Assembly (NCBI GenBank): GCA_963422735.1
Contig: OY730476.1
Coordinates: 3,072,001 to 3,136,000 of the forward strand
DNA: 64,000 bases
Direction of reading: 5' to 3'
Source: Candidatus Latescibacterota bacterium
GTDB taxonomy: Bacteria > Latescibacterota > UBA2968 > UBA8231
In this document: in pieces, positions 1 through 13,746 of the stretch
Layout: every line of letters begins with the position of its first letter
Position numbering within the stretch: position 1 is the stretch's first letter
Translations under genes and position numbers: made by a program
Notes under the pieces: generated by a model
Database searches by the model: none
What the model was told of the DNA's origin: nothing
The model's input: the letters and a program-made list of their open reading frames with translations, nothing else

Positions 1-9
1 CTTTCTCTC

Positions 10-180
10 ATATACACACCTTTTTGTTTATTTACACACACCTACTCATGTGTTCCCTTGTGTTAAAAAATGAGACACTATATAATATAGAACTTGACAT
101 AGGTAGGTTTAAAAGCTACGTTTATTTTTTAAAGAACAAAGAACGATATTATCAGTATCAGAAGGATAATCTGAGACGCT
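10..180. other. AT-rich intergenic region upstream of dnaN with DnaA-box-like 9-mers; probable part of oriC
   Basis: ATATACACA (10-18), TTACACACA (32-40) and TGTGTTAAA (59-67, reverse) each differ by one base from TTWTNCACA; very AT-rich; lies directly upstream of dnaN. Confidence 0.5.
94..122 (+). promoter_or_regulatory. putative sigma70 promoter for dnaN operon
   Basis: TTGACA (94-99), 17-bp spacer, TACGTT (117-122). Confidence 0.5.
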
Positions 181-182
181 AT

Positions 183-1346
183 ATGAAATTAAGAGTGAAT
201 CGCAATGAGTTATGGCAGGGCATTGATACTGTATTAGAAGCCGTGTCTTCAAAGCCCTCCCTACCGGTGTTGGCTAATATCCTGCTTGAAGCCGATGAGA
301 AAACCCTATCTCTATCCGCGACGGATTTAGATTTATCCATCCGGACTCAAGTTCCCGCTATAGTAAAAAAGAAGGGGAGGACGACTATTGCGGCTCGCAA
401 GCTGGCAGAAATCGCCCGAGAATGGCCTGAGGCGGAACTGAGTATTGAGGTGCAGGACGAGCGACTCAAGCTCTCAGGGCGACTCGGGGACGCCGAAAGC
501 AGCGAGGGAACGTATAGCCTGGCGGGTATAGAGGCTGAAGAGTTTCCCAGTATGCCGACAGTACTTGACGGCGTAAGCCTGAGTCTGGGGGAGGACGAAG
601 CCGAGACCCATGTTCTGGTTGACATGATCAACAAGACGGCCTTTGCCGTCTCCGGGGATGATACTCGCCCAGTGTTTAACGGGGTACTATGGCGCATCGA
701 TGCCCAAGGAATGGAGATGGTGGCTACCGATGGGTCGCGCTTAGCCTGTTACAGAAAAGCCATAGATTTGCAGGATCAGGTACAGGGAGACCAAGAGCCC
801 GCGATCATTGTCCCCCCCCAAGCGTTGATTCAGATCGTCAAATTACTGGGTAGCCATAAAGGCCCAGTCAATGTCACGCTAGGCGAGACGCAGATACTGT
901 TTGATATAGGGCATACGCATTTGCTGTCGCGTCTGATCGAGGGGCCTTATGTCGACTATGCCCAAGTGATTCCGCAAAACAACCAAAAAGAACTAAGAAT
1001 AGCTAGTGAATATCTTCTCCCGGCCGTACGCCGGGTATCCATCCTTTCCAGTTCTTATACGCGTCAAGTGCGTTTTAAGCTAAACACTGGCCAAGTAGAG
1101 CTATCGGCAGCTAGCCCCGAAATCGGTGGCGAAGCGAGGGAGATCGTACCGGCCCAGTACGCCTCTGAAGAGATAGATGTTGGCTACAACGCCCAGTATC
1201 TGATGGAGATCCTGCGAAAAATGGACGCGCCCGAGGTCTGTTTCGAGCTCAATGACCACGTCACAGCAGCCCTATTGAGGCCGATGGAACAAAAAGAAGG
1301 TGAGGACTACTTCTGCTTGCTAATGCCCTTGCGGCCGACAGGATGA
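183..1346 (+). CDS. dnaN: DNA polymerase III beta sliding clamp
   Basis: PVLANILL, ATDLD, MVATDGSRL, SRLIEGPY, LLMPLR motifs; ATG at 183 preferred over the ORF-track TTG at 24. Confidence 0.97.
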   Translation: MKLRVNRNELWQGIDTVLEAVSSKPSLPVLANILLEADEKTLSLSATDLDLSIRTQVPAIVKKKGRTTIAARKLAEIAREWPEAELSIEVQDERLKLSGRLGDAESSEGTYSLAGIEAEEFPSMPTVLDGVSLSLGEDEAETHVLVDMINKTAFAVSGDDTRPVFNGVLWRIDAQGMEMVATDGSRLACYRKAIDLQDQVQGDQEPAIIVPPQALIQIVKLLGSHKGPVNVTLGETQILFDIGHTHLLSRLIEGPYVDYAQVIPQNNQKELRIASEYLLPAVRRVSILSSSYTRQVRFKLNTGQVELSAASPEIGGEAREIVPAQYASEEIDVGYNAQYLMEILRKMDAPEVCFELNDHVTAALLRPMEQKEGEDYFCLLMPLRPTG

Positions 1347-1360
1347 GGTAAGCAGGCCTA

Positions 1361-2426
1361 GTGCGGATCCGTGAATTAACGCTTAGACCCTTCCGCAATT
1401 TTGCCGCGATTCGCTTGAGCTTTGCAGCAGATTACGTGCTGATTTTTGGTCCGAACAGCCGCGGTAAAAGCAATATCCTAGAAGCGATTTCCTACCTATC
1501 TATCGGTAAGTCAGTACGCGGGGCCAAGGATCAACACGTCGTGCCGCACGGCGAGGACTTCTTTGATATCCGAGCTTTGTGCACTGATGGTCGCCACGAC
1601 CAGCAATTACGCGTCTTTTACAGCAAGAAAGAAGGCAAGAAGGCATTTTCTGATGCCAGTCCCTTGCCCCGAGTATCGGAGTTGTTGGGCACCTTCCGCA
1701 CAGTTCACTTCTCTCCTGAAGATGTATCGCTGGTACTGCGCTTCCCGGCCCAGCGAAGGCGGCTCCTCGACATACTTATTGCACAGTCTAGTGCAGTGTA
1801 CTTGCGATATATGCAGCGCTATTACCGTGTGTTAGCCCAGAGAAACCACTTGTTGCGCACCGCAAAAAAGTCGAGACACGGGCTTGTCGACAGTCAGGTA
1901 ATGGAACCATGGAATGCCCAGCTAGTGGATTTGGGGTCCCAACTCCGACTGCATCGCTTGGAGGCGCTGAATAAGTTGAGAGCACCTTTTCTCCGCTATT
2001 ACGGTCGCTTCGCCTTGGCCAGCGAAGAAGAGGCTGCCGTTGTCTATCAAGGTGCCAAGGAGCAAGATCTGGAGGCCCTTAGAGCCGAATTACGCGACGC
2101 GCTTAGTCGCCGCAGGGAACAGGAGGCTCAAATAGGACATACGCTCTGTGGGCCACACCGCGACGATTTGAAATTCACGTTGAACAAAGTACAGGCCGAC
2201 CTCTATGCCTCCGAAGGCCAGCTAAGAACCGTACTCATATCGTGGAAGCTGGCCGAGGCCCGTTACATGGAGGAGCAAACGGGTCGGCAGCCCGTATTGC
2301 TCTTAGATGATTCCTTTTCAGAGTTGGACTCTGGCCGGATAGGAGAGCTATTGGACATAGTTGGTGAATTTGAACAGGTCATAGCGACGACTCCCCAAGA
2401 GCCTAATACAAGACAGGCAGCCCGTT

Positions 2427-2452
<26 letters not shown>
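1361..2452 (+). CDS. recF: DNA replication/repair protein RecF
   Basis: FRNF, Walker A GPNSRGKSN, GPHRDD, SEGQ, LLLDD-FSELD; canonical gene order. Confidence 0.96.
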
Positions 2453-4741
<2,289 letters not shown>

Positions 4742-4778
4742 CATCTTCTATTAGACAGCAAAGCTGAGGATTTAATCA

Positions 4779-7280
4779 ATGCTCGAACAGCAAGAAAGCC
4801 GGGTCATTCGGGTCAAAATTGAGGAGGAGCTCAAAACCTCCTTCCTCGACTATTCAATGAGCTTCATACTGTCGCGTGCCCTACCCGATGTCCGCGATGG
4901 TCTCAAGCCATCCCAGCGCCGCATCTTGGTAGCGATGAACGACTTGAGCCTTTTCCCCAATCGCGGCTACCGCAAATGTGCAAAAATCGCCGGTGATACC
5001 TCTGGCAACTACCACCCACACGGCGAAGGCATTGTCTATCCGACGCTAGTGCATATGGCGCAGAGATTTCGCTTGCGGTATCCGCTGGTCCAAGGCCAAG
5101 GCAACTTCGGTTCAATTGATGGCTACCCTCCGGCGGCCATGCGCTACACGGAGGCGAGACTGAGCTGGCCGGCGATGGATCTTCTAGCGGATCTCGACAA
5201 GAACACCGTCGAATTCGCCAGCAACTACGACGAGACCCAGCAAGAGCCCTTGGTTTTGCCATCTAGGTTTCCCAACCTAATATGTAACGGCTCAATGGGC
5301 ATTGCCGTCGGCATGGCCACTAAGATCCCGCCGCACAACCTGCGGGAGGTCGCCAGTGGCCTCAAGACGCTGATCGATCATCCCGAGATTTCCATTGCCG
5401 AGTTGCTTGAGCATGTCAAAGCTCCAGATTTTCCCACCGGCGGAATCATCTACGGCATGAGCGGGGTACAGCAGGCCTACGCAACTGGGAGGGGTCTGAT
5501 CTATATCAGAGCTCGGGCGGATATTGAAACCCTCAAGAATGGCCGCGAAAACATCGTCGTCACCGAAATCCCCTTCTTAGTAAACAAGGCTAGCCTATTA
5601 GAGAAAATCGCCGATCTGGTGCGAGACAAAGCCATCGACGGACTTGCCAATATCCGCGACGAATCGGGCCGCACGGGGCTGCGCATCGTATTTGAGTGCA
5701 AAAGGGAGACCCAAGCCGAAGTCGTGCTCAACCAGCTCTATAGCCATAGCATGTTGCAGACTACCTATGGGGTAATGATGTTGGCCATTGTCGATGGCCG
5801 TCCTGAGACGCTCAACCTTAAGCAGATGCTGCAGCACTATATTGATCACCGCCATGACGTGATCGTGCGCCGCACCCAATTCGACTTGGAGAAAGCCGAA
5901 GGTCGGGCGCATACCCTAGAAGGCCTGCGCATCGCCTTAGACCACATTGACTTAGTGATCGAAACCATCCGCCGCTCGTCGAGTCCGGCAGATGCCCAAG
6001 AGCGGCTGGCTGTCATCCGCCCTGCGACAGCAGATAGTACTATCGAGTTGAGCGATCGGCAGGTTCAAGCCATCCTAAGCATGCCGTTGCAGCGCCTGAC
6101 GGGCTTGGAGCGCGACAAAATTGAGGCCGAGTACAAGGAACTGGTAACGACGATTGAGGACCAGAGGGGCATCCTCGCCAGCCAAGAGCGGCAGATGCAG
6201 ATCATCAAGGACGAGATTGATGATCTGGCCGATCGCTTCGGCGACGAGCGCCGCACTGAGCTCGTCTATGCAGCCGAGGAATTCGACATTGAGGACTTGA
6301 TTGCCGAAGAGGACATGGTCGTCACCATCTCGCGCAGTGGCTATATCAAGCGCTTACCTCCTAGAGCCTATCGAGTACAGAATCGCGGCGGGCGCGGGGT
6401 GACGGGTATGAAGACCAAGGAAGAGGACTTTGTCGAACATCTCTTCGTGGCTTCGACTCATTCTTATATCATGTTTTTGACTGCCAAGGGCAAATGTTAT
6501 TGGCTCAAGGTCTTTCGCATACCCGAAGGCGACCGCACGGCTCAGGGGCGGTCAATAGTCAACCTGTTGCCACTGGACCGAGACGACCAAATATGCGCCA
6601 TCGTACCCGTCCGAGAGTTCGCCGACGATCAGTATTTGTTCACGGCGACGCGCAACGGCATTGTCAAGAAAACTAGGCTCTCGGCCTATCAGAACATCCG
6701 CCGTGACGGGATCATCGCTCTGAAGATCCAAGACGCCGACGACCTGATTGGGGCGGCCATCACCGACGGACGGCAGGATATTGTCCTATTGACGCGCAAC
6801 GGCCAAGCCATGCGCTTTAGCGAAGGCGAAGTCCGCTCTATGGGCCGGGTTTCTACGGGCGTTAAGGGCATTAGCTTACGCCAAGTGGACGAGGTTGTGG
6901 ACATGGTCGTGGTGCGCGAAAGCAGCACCTTGCTAACCATCTGCGAAAACGGCTATGGCAAGCGCACTAGCCAGACCGAGTACCCCTGCAAGCACCGCAC
7001 CGGCCAAGGCGTCATCGATATCAAGACTACCCCACGCAACGGCCCCGTAGTGGCCTGTAGGGGGATCCGAGACGAAGAGGAGGTCATGGTGGTAACCCAG
7101 AACGGTATTATGATCCGCATCCCTGTACGAGGGCTATCCACCATTGGGCGCAATACCCAAGGAGTCCGGGTAATCAATCTGGACGAGGGCGACCGAGTTA
7201 TCGACATGGCCCCGCTGCCCGGCAGCGAGGAAGAGAGTGGTTGGGAAAACGGCGAGGCGGATGAGAAGGCATCGGGTTGA
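4779..7280 (+). CDS. gyrA: DNA gyrase subunit A
   Basis: [19 protein letters not shown] catalytic Tyr, GyrA-box QNRGGRG, C-terminal beta-pinwheel repeats. Confidence 0.98.
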   Translation: MLEQQESRVIRVKIEEELKTSFLDYSMSFILSRALPDVRDGLKPSQRRILVAMNDLSLFPNRGYRKCAKIAGDTSGNYHPHGEGIVYPTLVHMAQRFRLRYPLVQGQGNFGSIDGYPPAAMRYTEARLSWPAMDLLADLDKNTVEFASNYDETQQEPLVLPSRFPNLICNGSMGIAVGMATKIPPHNLREVASGLKTLIDHPEISIAELLEHVKAPDFPTGGIIYGMSGVQQAYATGRGLIYIRARADIETLKNGRENIVVTEIPFLVNKASLLEKIADLVRDKAIDGLANIRDESGRTGLRIVFECKRETQAEVVLNQLYSHSMLQTTYGVMMLAIVDGRPETLNLKQMLQHYIDHRHDVIVRRTQFDLEKAEGRAHTLEGLRIALDHIDLVIETIRRSSSPADAQERLAVIRPATADSTIELSDRQVQAILSMPLQRLTGLERDKIEAEYKELVTTIEDQRGILASQERQMQIIKDEIDDLADRFGDERRTELVYAAEEFDIEDLIAEEDMVVTISRSGYIKRLPPRAYRVQNRGGRGVTGMKTKEEDFVEHLFVASTHSYIMFLTAKGKCYWLKVFRIPEGDRTAQGRSIVNLLPLDRDDQICAIVPVREFADDQYLFTATRNGIVKKTRLSAYQNIRRDGIIALKIQDADDLIGAAITDGRQDIVLLTRNGQAMRFSEGEVRSMGRVSTGVKGISLRQVDEVVDMVVVRESSTLLTICENGYGKRTSQTEYPCKHRTGQGVIDIKTTPRNGPVVACRGIRDEEEVMVVTQNGIMIRIPVRGLSTIGRNTQGVRVINLDEGDRVIDMAPLPGSEEESGWENGEADEKASG

Positions 7281-7305
7281 CCTAAGATGGGGCCTCATGT
7301 ATATT
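7277..7305 (+). promoter_or_regulatory. putative sigma70 promoter for tRNA cluster
   Basis: TTGACC, 17 bp, TATATT about 20 bp before the first tRNA. Confidence 0.55.
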
Positions 7306-7324
7306 TTTCTCCTTACCGAGAAGA

Positions 7325-7411
7325 GGAGGGTTAGACCTAATTGGTAAGGCAGCGGTCTTGAAAACCGCCGGGCTCACGCCCTTGAGGGTTCGAGTCCCTC
7401 ACCCTCCGCCA
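7325..7411 (+). tRNA. tRNA-Ser (TGA)
   Basis: acceptor GGAGGGT/ACCCTCC, anticodon arm GCGGT-CTTGAAA-ACCGC, long variable arm, GGTTCGAGTCC, encoded CCA. Confidence 0.95.
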
Positions 7412-7489
7412 GTTTACCATTTGATGCCGCCACAGTCCCATCCTTCTTAGCGTTGGGATTACGTCAAAAGTTTATTTTGCAATGGTCGC

Positions 7490-7583
<94 letters not shown>

Positions 7584-7595
7584 ATTTCCGTTAGT

Positions 7596-7671
7596 TGCCC
7601 TCTAGCACAATTGGAAGTGCGCCTGACTCTGGATCAGGAGGTTCTAGGTTCGAGCCCTAGGAGGGCAGCCA
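7596..7671 (+). tRNA. tRNA-Gln (CTG)
   Basis: acceptor TGCCCTC/GAGGGCA, anticodon arm CCTGA-CTCTGGA-TCAGG, GGTTCGAGCCC, CCA. Confidence 0.93.
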
Positions 7672-7676
7672 ATACC

Positions 7677-7713
7677 GGCTCCTGAAAGAACGCTTCAGGA
7701 GCCTTCTTCTTTT
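7677..7713 (+). terminator. intrinsic terminator after tRNA cluster
   Basis: 10-bp stem GGCTCCTGAA/TTCAGGAGCC followed by TTCTTCTTTT. Confidence 0.85.
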
Positions 7714-7791
7714 GGCCTATCCTGCCGGGAATCGGGACGAGGCCGCATTCTCCCCGCATTTAGCCTCTCGTCTTAGCGTTACCTTACGCCG

Positions 7792-8931
7792 ATGAGTACC
7801 CGCATCAGAGAACAACAGCTTGCTTGGGGCCTCCTTGCGCCAGCACTTATCGTACTGGGCGCGTTTGGACTCTTCCCTATTGGCTATGCCTTGTATGTCA
7901 GCTTGCACAAGTGGCGGATCAAGAAGGAAGCGGTGGTTGGGTTCGACCACTATGTCCGCGCTGTGGGAGAATCGCAGTATCTGCTGCCCTTCGTCGCCGG
8001 GATCGGCCTCGTCTGGGCGGCCTATCGCCTGCGCTCCACGTTATCCGATCTCGGTCTGCGCCCCTTTTATATCTACATCGCTTGGGGCGCAGTCGCACTA
8101 TCGGGGCTTTGGTTGGGGTTGGCTCAGGGGTTGGGTGGCTTAGTCGAGACGGGCGACCCAGCGCTGTACAACGGCTTCAAGGTCACGTTTTTCTACGCGG
8201 TCGGGACAATCCCGTGCCAACTGAGCTTGGCTACCGGACTGGCGTATTTGCTCTTCAAGATCGCACGGGCTAGAGGCGCGTTTCGCACACTATTCTTTTT
8301 GCCGTATGTCACGCCGATCATCGCCTCAGCCGTGGTTTTCCGCACCATCTTTAGCCCCCACCCGTCCTCGCTGGCCAACCGCTTCTGGAGCTTTTGGGGA
8401 CTGGAAAATCAGCGCTGGCTCTATGAGAGCAAGTCCGTCGTAGCTCTGTTACTACAAGGAGCCGGTCTTGCTTCTTACCCCGCGTGGGTGGACAGCTTCT
8501 TCCCGAGCCTAGCTCTGACCTCGATCATCCTCTACAATATCTGGGTCTATGTCGGCTACGACACAGCGATTTTACTGGCTGGCCTCAGTGCTATCCCCAA
8601 GCAATACTACGAGGCCGCTGAGATGGACGGCGCGGGTGAGTGGCAAGTCTTCCGCCACATTACCCTGCCCTTGGTCTCACCGACCCTGTTCTTTTTGTCG
8701 ATGGTGGCTGTCATAGGGACCTTCAAAGCCTTTAACCACGTTTATATCCTGCGGACGCCGGGTGCCCGCGACTCGGTCAATGTGCTCAGTATTGCCATTT
8801 TCGACCAAGTTTTTGAATACCACAACGCCGGCTATGCTTCGGCGATGGCCTTTGTGCTCTTCGTCGCGATTTTGGCACTGACGTTGCTGCAAAACCGGGT
8901 GCTCGGCAGGCGGGTATTTTATGGCGACTAG
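7792..8931 (+). CDS. carbohydrate ABC transporter permease (MalF/UgpA-like)
   Basis: multiple TM segments, EAA loop YEAAEMDGA. Confidence 0.92.
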   Translation: MSTRIREQQLAWGLLAPALIVLGAFGLFPIGYALYVSLHKWRIKKEAVVGFDHYVRAVGESQYLLPFVAGIGLVWAAYRLRSTLSDLGLRPFYIYIAWGAVALSGLWLGLAQGLGGLVETGDPALYNGFKVTFFYAVGTIPCQLSLATGLAYLLFKIARARGAFRTLFFLPYVTPIIASAVVFRTIFSPHPSSLANRFWSFWGLENQRWLYESKSVVALLLQGAGLASYPAWVDSFFPSLALTSIILYNIWVYVGYDTAILLAGLSAIPKQYYEAAEMDGAGEWQVFRHITLPLVSPTLFFLSMVAVIGTFKAFNHVYILRTPGARDSVNVLSIAIFDQVFEYHNAGYASAMAFVLFVAILALTLLQNRVLGRRVFYGD

Positions 8932-9745
8932 GGGCAGCATTTATTGCGGCCTGAGCTTGGGGGGGCTGGCTGCGTGCTTTCCGTTCGCGTGGATGCTTTT
9001 GGTCTCTTTTATGAGCCGCGGCGAATCGCTGCGGCGGGTCTTGCTGCCCGAGCGCGTGCAATGGGACAATTATATCGAAGCGTGGCAAGATGCGGATTTC
9101 GGTCTCTACTTTGAGAATTCGCTGATCATCGCGGGCCTACAGGTCAGCGGGACCCTGCTTTTCTCGCTGATGGCGGCGTATCCGCTGGCGCGCATGCAGT
9201 TCCGCGGACGGGATGTGGTGTTTACTGGCGTCTTGGCTACGCTGATGATCCCCGAGGCCGTGACCATCGTGCCGAATTTTCTCGTCGTGACTTGGCTGCA
9301 CCGCAATGCGCCGTTTGCTTGGCTCAATAGCTGGCCTGCCCTGACCATTCCCTTTATGGCTAGTGCTTTTAGCATTTTTCTCTTGCGTCAGTTTATGCGT
9401 GGTCTGCCCAACGAGCTGTGGGATGCGGCCCGGATTGAGGGAGCCGGCCATGTGCGCTTTCTGTTTCAGATCGTGGTACCCCTGTGCCGGGCACCACTCT
9501 TGACGGTAGGTATGCTTACGTTTATTGGTTCTTGGAACGCCTTGGCGTGGCCCTTACTGGTGACCAATACGCCGGATTGGCGTCCGATAGCAGTGGGTTT
9601 GCAGCAGTTTGCCAGTGAGGCCGGGACCGAGGTCCACCTGCAAATGGCCGGGGCTGTCATTGCGACCGCTCCCGTAATTTTGGCGTATTTTCTTATTCAG
9701 CGAGAATTCACGGAAGGCATCTCCATATCTGGGCTCAAAGGATAA
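8921..9745 (+). CDS. carbohydrate ABC transporter permease (MalG/UgpE-like)
   Basis: IFLLRQF, DAARIEGA, SWN..WPL, C-terminal GLKG. Confidence 0.92.
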   Translation: MATRGSIYCGLSLGGLAACFPFAWMLLVSFMSRGESLRRVLLPERVQWDNYIEAWQDADFGLYFENSLIIAGLQVSGTLLFSLMAAYPLARMQFRGRDVVFTGVLATLMIPEAVTIVPNFLVVTWLHRNAPFAWLNSWPALTIPFMASAFSIFLLRQFMRGLPNELWDAARIEGAGHVRFLFQIVVPLCRAPLLTVGMLTFIGSWNALAWPLLVTNTPDWRPIAVGLQQFASEAGTEVHLQMAGAVIATAPVILAYFLIQREFTEGISISGLKG

Positions 9746-9749
9746 CGCG

Positions 9750-11069
9750 ATGAAACCGAAAAGTGCGATGACGTTGGTTGGGTGCGCCTTTTTATGGGCC
9801 TGTGGCGGCCAACAAGAGGCCGTTTACGAGCAGCAGACCAGTCTCGAATCCCTCGATCCACAAGGACAGAAAATCGTCTTTTGGTACCAACACACCGGCC
9901 AGCGCGAAGATGCCCTGCAAGAGCTGATTGCCGACTTTAACCAGACTAACCGCGATGGGATTGAGGTTCGCGGCGAGTACATGGGTCGCTATGGGGACAT
10001 CTACAACAAGATGAACGTGGGTATCCAGAGCGGTTCGCTCGCCAACCTGGTCGTAGCCTACCAAAACCAAGCCCGAGCCTACTACCAAGCCGACGGCATA
10101 GTGGATATAACACCCTATATGGATTCGCCCAAATGGGGATTGTCGCCAAAAGAGCGCAGCGACTACGTCCAAGCGTTTCTGGAGGAGGACAATCTCGGCG
10201 GAGTGCAGGTTGGCTTCCCGCCGAATCGCTCGATGGAACTGCTCTACTACAATGTTGATTGGTTGCGCGAGCTGGGCTACGACGGGCCACCGGCGACGTG
10301 GGACGATTTTGCCGCGATGTGCCGCCTAGCCAAAGAGCAACCCTTTAGTAAAAACGAAGACCCAGTGCGCAGTTTGGGTTTTTTGCTCGATGTTGACGCC
10401 AGCCGATTCGCCGCGATGGTCTTCAGTCGCGGCGGCGACCTAGTAGATGCGACCGGCACCGCTTATGCCTTGGACTCGCCAGAAGTTAAAGCAGTACTGG
10501 AGCTGATACAGGAGCTGGCACGGGACGGCGCAATAGACATCGCGGGCGAACGGGACGTCGATCTAAACGAGTTCGTCACCGGTCAGATCCTCTTCTCTCA
10601 GGATTCTTCCTCCGGGCTGCCCTTTTACAAGAGTGGCATTGAGGACTCTGGGCTGGCCTTCGAGTGGGGAGTAACCCATCCGCCGCAGACTGGCTCGAGG
10701 CCGGTTGTTGACGTGTACGGGGCCAGCGTGTCGATCTGCGTAGGTACTCCCGAAAAACAGCTAGCGGCGTGGCTTTTCCTCAAATGGTTTACTGCGCCGG
10801 AGCAACAAGCGCGGTGGGTGAGGGCAAGCAATTACTTTCCGGTGCGCAAGAGTACGGCGCGGGAGCTGGAAAGCTACTTCGAGGAAAACCCGCACTATAG
10901 AGTGGCGTTTGGCATGTTGGAATACGGAAAATCAGAGCCGACGATGGCAGGCTATCAACAGGTGCGGCGGTTGATTCAAGAGGCCATGATAGAGGCGATT
11001 GAAGGCGAGGATGTCGAACAGGTGGTAGAAGAATTGCAGCGCACAGCGAATCAGACGCTTGAGCCGTAG
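9750..11069 (+). CDS. ABC transporter sugar-binding lipoprotein (SBP family 1)
   Basis: lipobox LWAC, LYYNVD, AAWLFLKW, YFPVRKS; in operon with permeases. Confidence 0.9.
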   Translation: MKPKSAMTLVGCAFLWACGGQQEAVYEQQTSLESLDPQGQKIVFWYQHTGQREDALQELIADFNQTNRDGIEVRGEYMGRYGDIYNKMNVGIQSGSLANLVVAYQNQARAYYQADGIVDITPYMDSPKWGLSPKERSDYVQAFLEEDNLGGVQVGFPPNRSMELLYYNVDWLRELGYDGPPATWDDFAAMCRLAKEQPFSKNEDPVRSLGFLLDVDASRFAAMVFSRGGDLVDATGTAYALDSPEVKAVLELIQELARDGAIDIAGERDVDLNEFVTGQILFSQDSSSGLPFYKSGIEDSGLAFEWGVTHPPQTGSRPVVDVYGASVSICVGTPEKQLAAWLFLKWFTAPEQQARWVRASNYFPVRKSTARELESYFEENPHYRVAFGMLEYGKSEPTMAGYQQVRRLIQEAMIEAIEGEDVEQVVEELQRTANQTLEP

Positions 11070-11093
11070 GCGAAAAAGGAGCGCACAGGTAAA

Positions 11094-12452
11094 ATGGCTG
11101 GAGAAAATAAAAAACCAAACGTCATAGTATTTTTTACGGATCAACAGCGCTGGGACACAACGGGGCTACACGGCAATCCGATGAGCCTTACACCTCATCT
11201 CGATCGCTTGGCTCGCGAGTACACCCACGCGGCGTATTCCTTTACGTGCCAACCCGTCTGCGGCCCGGCGCGCTCTTGTCTGCAAACGGGTCTTTACGCC
11301 ACGACCACAGGCTGCTACCGCAACAGCGTTCCCTTGCCCGCGGACAGCCAGACCCTCGCCCATTACTTTGCCGCGGCTGGCTACGACACCGGATATATAG
11401 GCAAGTGGCATCTATACGAGCAAGGGACCACCGGTCCAGTGCCAGCCTCGGACCGCTTTGGCTATCAGTACTGGTTGGCGTCGAACGTTCTCGAATTTAC
11501 TTCCGACGCCTATAGTACGGTTCTCTACGACAATGATAATCAACCGGTCCGCCTACCCGGTTATCGAGTGGATGCGGTCACAGATGCCGCAATTCGCTAC
11601 GTAGATGTGCGTCAAGATCGTCCCTTTTTTCTTTTTATCTCCTATATTGAACCCCACCACCAGAACCACTTGGATGACTATCCGCCTCCCGATGGCTACC
11701 GAGAAACCTATACCGGAGGCTGGATCCCGCCCGACCTAGCGGCATTGGCCGGCTCGACTCACCAGCACTTAGGCGGCTATTACGGGATGGTCAGGCGGCT
11801 CGATGAAGCCTATGGCCGCCTACACGACGCGCTCAAAAGTCTGGAGCTAGCCGACGACACCATCGTGCTCTTTACTTCGGATCATGGTTGTCATTTCAAG
11901 ACGCGCAACAACGAGTACAAACGCTCTTGTCACGAAAGCTCAATCCGCGTACCGACTGTTTTGACTGGACCCGGTTTTCGCGGCGGCCAATTGCAAGAGT
12001 TGGTTAGCCTAATTGACCTGCCGCCAACACTTTTGGATGCGGCCGGCTTGAAAATCCCCCATCAGATGCAGGGCCGCTCGCTCATGCCGCTTTTGCGCGG
12101 TGGAGTAGCCGATTGGCCCGCAGAGGTCTTCGTGCAGATTAGCGAAGCCCAAGTGGGGCGAGCCGTTCGCACTCGTCGGTGGAAGTACGGGGTGGACGCT
12201 CTAGGTGGGCAAGGAAGAGATGTGGCAGGAGCCGATCATTACGAGGAGCAGTATCTCTATGATCTACAGGTTGACCCCTACGAACTGAACAACCTAGTCG
12301 GCCTCGAGTCGCATCGAGAAGTGGCTCGAGTAATGAAGGAACGGCTCTTGAGACGTATGGAAGAAGCCGGAGAGGCACGCCCCCACATCAAAGAGGCCCC
12401 GCCGCGCCGCTCCGGCCAGCGGAAAATCCTTCCTGATGAAGCACGCTCCTAG
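11094..12452 (+). CDS. sulfatase (Cys/formylglycine type)
   Basis: PNVI.FFTDQQR, CGPAR (CxPxR), GKWH, FTSDHG. Confidence 0.93.
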   Translation: MAGENKKPNVIVFFTDQQRWDTTGLHGNPMSLTPHLDRLAREYTHAAYSFTCQPVCGPARSCLQTGLYATTTGCYRNSVPLPADSQTLAHYFAAAGYDTGYIGKWHLYEQGTTGPVPASDRFGYQYWLASNVLEFTSDAYSTVLYDNDNQPVRLPGYRVDAVTDAAIRYVDVRQDRPFFLFISYIEPHHQNHLDDYPPPDGYRETYTGGWIPPDLAALAGSTHQHLGGYYGMVRRLDEAYGRLHDALKSLELADDTIVLFTSDHGCHFKTRNNEYKRSCHESSIRVPTVLTGPGFRGGQLQELVSLIDLPPTLLDAAGLKIPHQMQGRSLMPLLRGGVADWPAEVFVQISEAQVGRAVRTRRWKYGVDALGGQGRDVAGADHYEEQYLYDLQVDPYELNNLVGLESHREVARVMKERLLRRMEEAGEARPHIKEAPPRRSGQRKILPDEARS

Positions 12453-12512
12453 CCTTAGAAGCTGTCTGCGAACCCCTAGCCGCCGCGTTTACGCCGCCTA
12501 AAGTAAGTGCTT

Positions 12513-13625
12513 TTAGTTCTGCTGTTGGGACAGTAGCGGCTGATGAGTAGAGTCCAGCTTTTCGCGCAGCGATTGAAGCTCAAACAGCCGCTTGACAACC
12601 AGAGAGATAGAGCGGGCGAACTCGCCCAATATGGTCGCTAGCTGCTCGGTGCGCCTAGGCCCGCCCATGGGCAATCCTAGGCCTAGCATCCCTTGTGCAA
12701 AGGGCATGTCGATCAGCAGTCCGGGGCGATATATCGAGTCCGAGAAAGTTTCTTGGGTCATCTGTATAAAAGCCTCGTCGGCCTCGCGCTCCCATACCTT
12801 GCGGCGGTGCCAGTAGCTGACCAACCTCCGCAGGGAGGCAAAGCGACCGAGCGATTCTTGGAGATTTACCACGTTCTGTGAGGAGCGGTAACCACGCGCC
12901 TCGGAATAAGCGCGATAGCAAGCCAAGAGGTTTCTTTGTTCGTCGATGACCTGTAGGCCAACCGCCTCGAATTGGACTCCCATAGCCTCTAGCTCGTCGC
13001 CGAGAATGCGCACGACCTTGCCTAGATCGCGCACCTTTTCGGTTTCGCAACCAGCCTGCAAGACGTGGAAGGCCCCTTGCCGACAACAGTGAGCGGTAAT
13101 ATCGCGCGCAATGGCCAAGTGCGCTTTTTCGCTTATGTTGACGTTGGTGATCTCGACGGGAAGAAAGCTGCCGTCACTGCGTACCATGAGCACTTCATAG
13201 GCATTGGACGAGCCACTGGCAATCATGTGCCGAGTTGTGGGATGGGACTGGGGAGCGAACATTAGTTCAATGCCGTCTTTGGCTAGCAATTCTTCCCCGC
13301 GATAACCCAATAGGTCGGCCAAGGTTTGGCTGATGAAGAGCAAGTGTCCGTTTTCGTGGATGACAAAGGCGTTGAGGGTCTCGGCGATTTGATGCAAACG
13401 GTCTTTGTGGACTTGAGCTGAGCTCCTATTGTCGTCCATTAGGGAGTCTGTCGAGACGCCGAGGGCGTCAGCTAAATCTTTTAGAGCCGGCGAGCCTAGC
13501 CGGCGCACTCGGCCGGTTTCAATACGGGAGATAGTGGCTTGAGAGACCCCGGAGCGGTCTGAGAGGTCTTTCTGGTTGAGCGATTGTTTCTGTCGCAGCT
13601 CTTTTAGGTTGCGTCCTAAAGACAT
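12513..13625 (-). CDS. XRE-family HTH regulator with PAS domain and C-terminal GAF-like region
   Basis: N-terminal Cro/C1 HTH (SGVSQATISRIETG); PAS motifs LLGY..EELL, RSDGS..PVE, RDIT. Confidence 0.8.
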   Translation of the reverse strand: MSLGRNLKELRQKQSLNQKDLSDRSGVSQATISRIETGRVRRLGSPALKDLADALGVSTDSLMDDNRSSAQVHKDRLHQIAETLNAFVIHENGHLLFISQTLADLLGYRGEELLAKDGIELMFAPQSHPTTRHMIASGSSNAYEVLMVRSDGSFLPVEITNVNISEKAHLAIARDITAHCCRQGAFHVLQAGCETEKVRDLGKVVRILGDELEAMGVQFEAVGLQVIDEQRNLLACYRAYSEARGYRSSQNVVNLQESLGRFASLRRLVSYWHRRKVWEREADEAFIQMTQETFSDSIYRPGLLIDMPFAQGMLGLGLPMGGPRRTEQLATILGEFARSISLVVKRLFELQSLREKLDSTHQPLLSQQQN

Positions 13626-13746
13626 GGGCTGCTCCTATAATGGGGATATAAAATACAGGGTGTTTGATAAATAAATAATATGGCACGAAGCGGCTGATTA
13701 CCAAAATGGAAGGCGATAAAAACAAAATGTACACAAGGGTTTACGC

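Noticed and set aside
7325-7411. Possible selenocysteine tRNA
   Set aside because: The anticodon is TGA (Ser), not TCA, and the acceptor stem is a normal 7 bp.
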